Shown here piece after piece: positions 55,773-56,173 of a DNA stretch of 56,173 bases. Source of the stretch: Candidatus Bathyarchaeia archaeon (lineage in GTDB: Archaea; Thermoproteota; Bathyarchaeia; Bathyarchaeales; DTEX01); contig JAWBZG010000002.1 of NCBI GenBank assembly GCA_038866525.1, positions 1-56,173 of the forward strand. Direction: 5' to 3'. Each line of letters opens with the position of its first letter. Within the stretch, counting starts at the first letter, position 1. Below the pieces are notes generated by a model. That model had not been told where the DNA came from. It did not search any database and was given only the letters and a program-made list of their open reading frames with translations. The position numbers and the translations under genes are program-made.

Positions 55773-55886
55773 GCAGCATCCCTTAGAATCTCTTACTCTA
55801 CACTTTAATTTAAAAGCTTTACATGCTTTCCGCCAAGTCAGCTAGAAATAGGTAAACCTAAAAAAAGTAGATGGAGAATACGATTG

Positions 55887-56173
55887 ATGGGAGCTTCCAT
55901 GACTTTTAGAGGGATAGATGCTAATTACACTCTTATAATGGAGGGTTTAAATTTAAAGTGGTGGGATCGAGACGGACGGGAGATAAAAGACATATTCTCT
56001 TTCTTCAGGTTAAAGGGGTTTGAATGTTTTAGGGTTAGAATATGGGTTGGTGATATTGGCCCATCAAGATTGCTTTACGCGTCTGAAATTATTAGGAGGG
56101 CATGTGAGAATGGATTTAGAATTCAGCCGACGCTCTTCCTCTCAGACCGTTGGGCAGACCTATATAAGCAGCC
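55887..56173 (+). CDS. Glycoside hydrolase family 53-like (endo-beta-1,4-galactanase-like) protein, 3'-truncated by the window edge
   Basis: The open frame runs to the window end. FRGIDANY, FRVRIW and LSDRWADLYKQ resemble the GH53 pattern G.D.S, VRVRIW, HYSD.WADP..Q. Confidence 0.5.
   Translation, partial: MGASMTFRGIDANYTLIMEGLNLKWWDRDGREIKDIFSFFRLKGFECFRVRIWVGDIGPSRLLYASEIIRRACENGFRIQPTLFLSDRWADLYKQ

Noticed and set aside
589-55808. Dozens of 60-190-aa ORFs in the track that lie antisense to or inside larger genes (e.g. 589..801, 2503..2850, 9821..10354, 15597..15911, 20544..20858, 23038..23358, 25485..25823, 29267..29839, 31308..31667, 42922..43392, 44521..45139, 47161..47544, 49504..49788, 54486..54734)
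   Set aside because: Each is fully embedded in a CDS with strong family motifs on the other strand or frame. Their translations are Ser/Leu/Pro/Arg-rich mirror-frame artefacts with no recognisable motif.
1-56173. CRISPR arrays, rRNA genes, IS elements, prophage genes
   Set aside because: I saw no regularly spaced direct repeats, no long non-coding stretch (the largest is 277 nt and AT-rich), and no transposase, integrase or capsid-like ORFs while reading both strands.

Overview
Gene-dense chromosomal segment from a thermophilic archaeon. Supporting genes are reverse gyrase, TBP, a short ERCC4-only XPF (crenarchaeal/TACK style), RtcB, eL41, CDP-archaeol synthase, an intron-containing tRNA-Thr, and the AcnX + UbiD genes of the archaeal mevalonate pathway. 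HdrCB + HypF at the left edge and an Mvh-like [NiFe] hydrogenase at the right edge suggest anaerobic H2-linked metabolism. I count about 57 protein-coding genes and 1 tRNA. I saw no rRNA, no CRISPR array and no recognisable transposase or integrase. Most genes are housekeeping. The best candidates for an undescribed system are: (1) a two-gene unit at 33703..37339 encoding a membrane/surface protein plus a tandem classical-AAA ATPase fused to a Lon (S16) protease domain, divergent from a SAMHD1-type HD phosphohydrolase; and (2) a compact minus-strand operon at 9304..13710 encoding a tail-anchored small protein, a MoxR AAA+ ATPase and an HExxH-peptidase/vWA protein, translationally coupled to ThiL. 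Other points worth a second look: an EF-2 paralogue lacking the diphthamide histidine, near a Dph6-like gene that is coupled to a cysteine-less GATase-like gene; a [NiFe] hydrogenase small subunit broken by a +1 shift exactly at an in-frame UGA; a 169-codon ORF whose first 74 codons contain no ATG/GTG/TTG but which has a good SD in front of a CTG; a composite sequence motif repeated around the tRNA and again at 28.65 kb; a Clp1-type RNA kinase overlapping an RNase-H-fold nuclease-like gene; a PAC4-like small protein coupled to the UbiD-type decarboxylase; a 6-TM half-MFS gene coupled to a radical SAM gene; a frameshifted cupin; and an untracked eL41 gene. All functional calls come from motif reading by eye. 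No database search was run.
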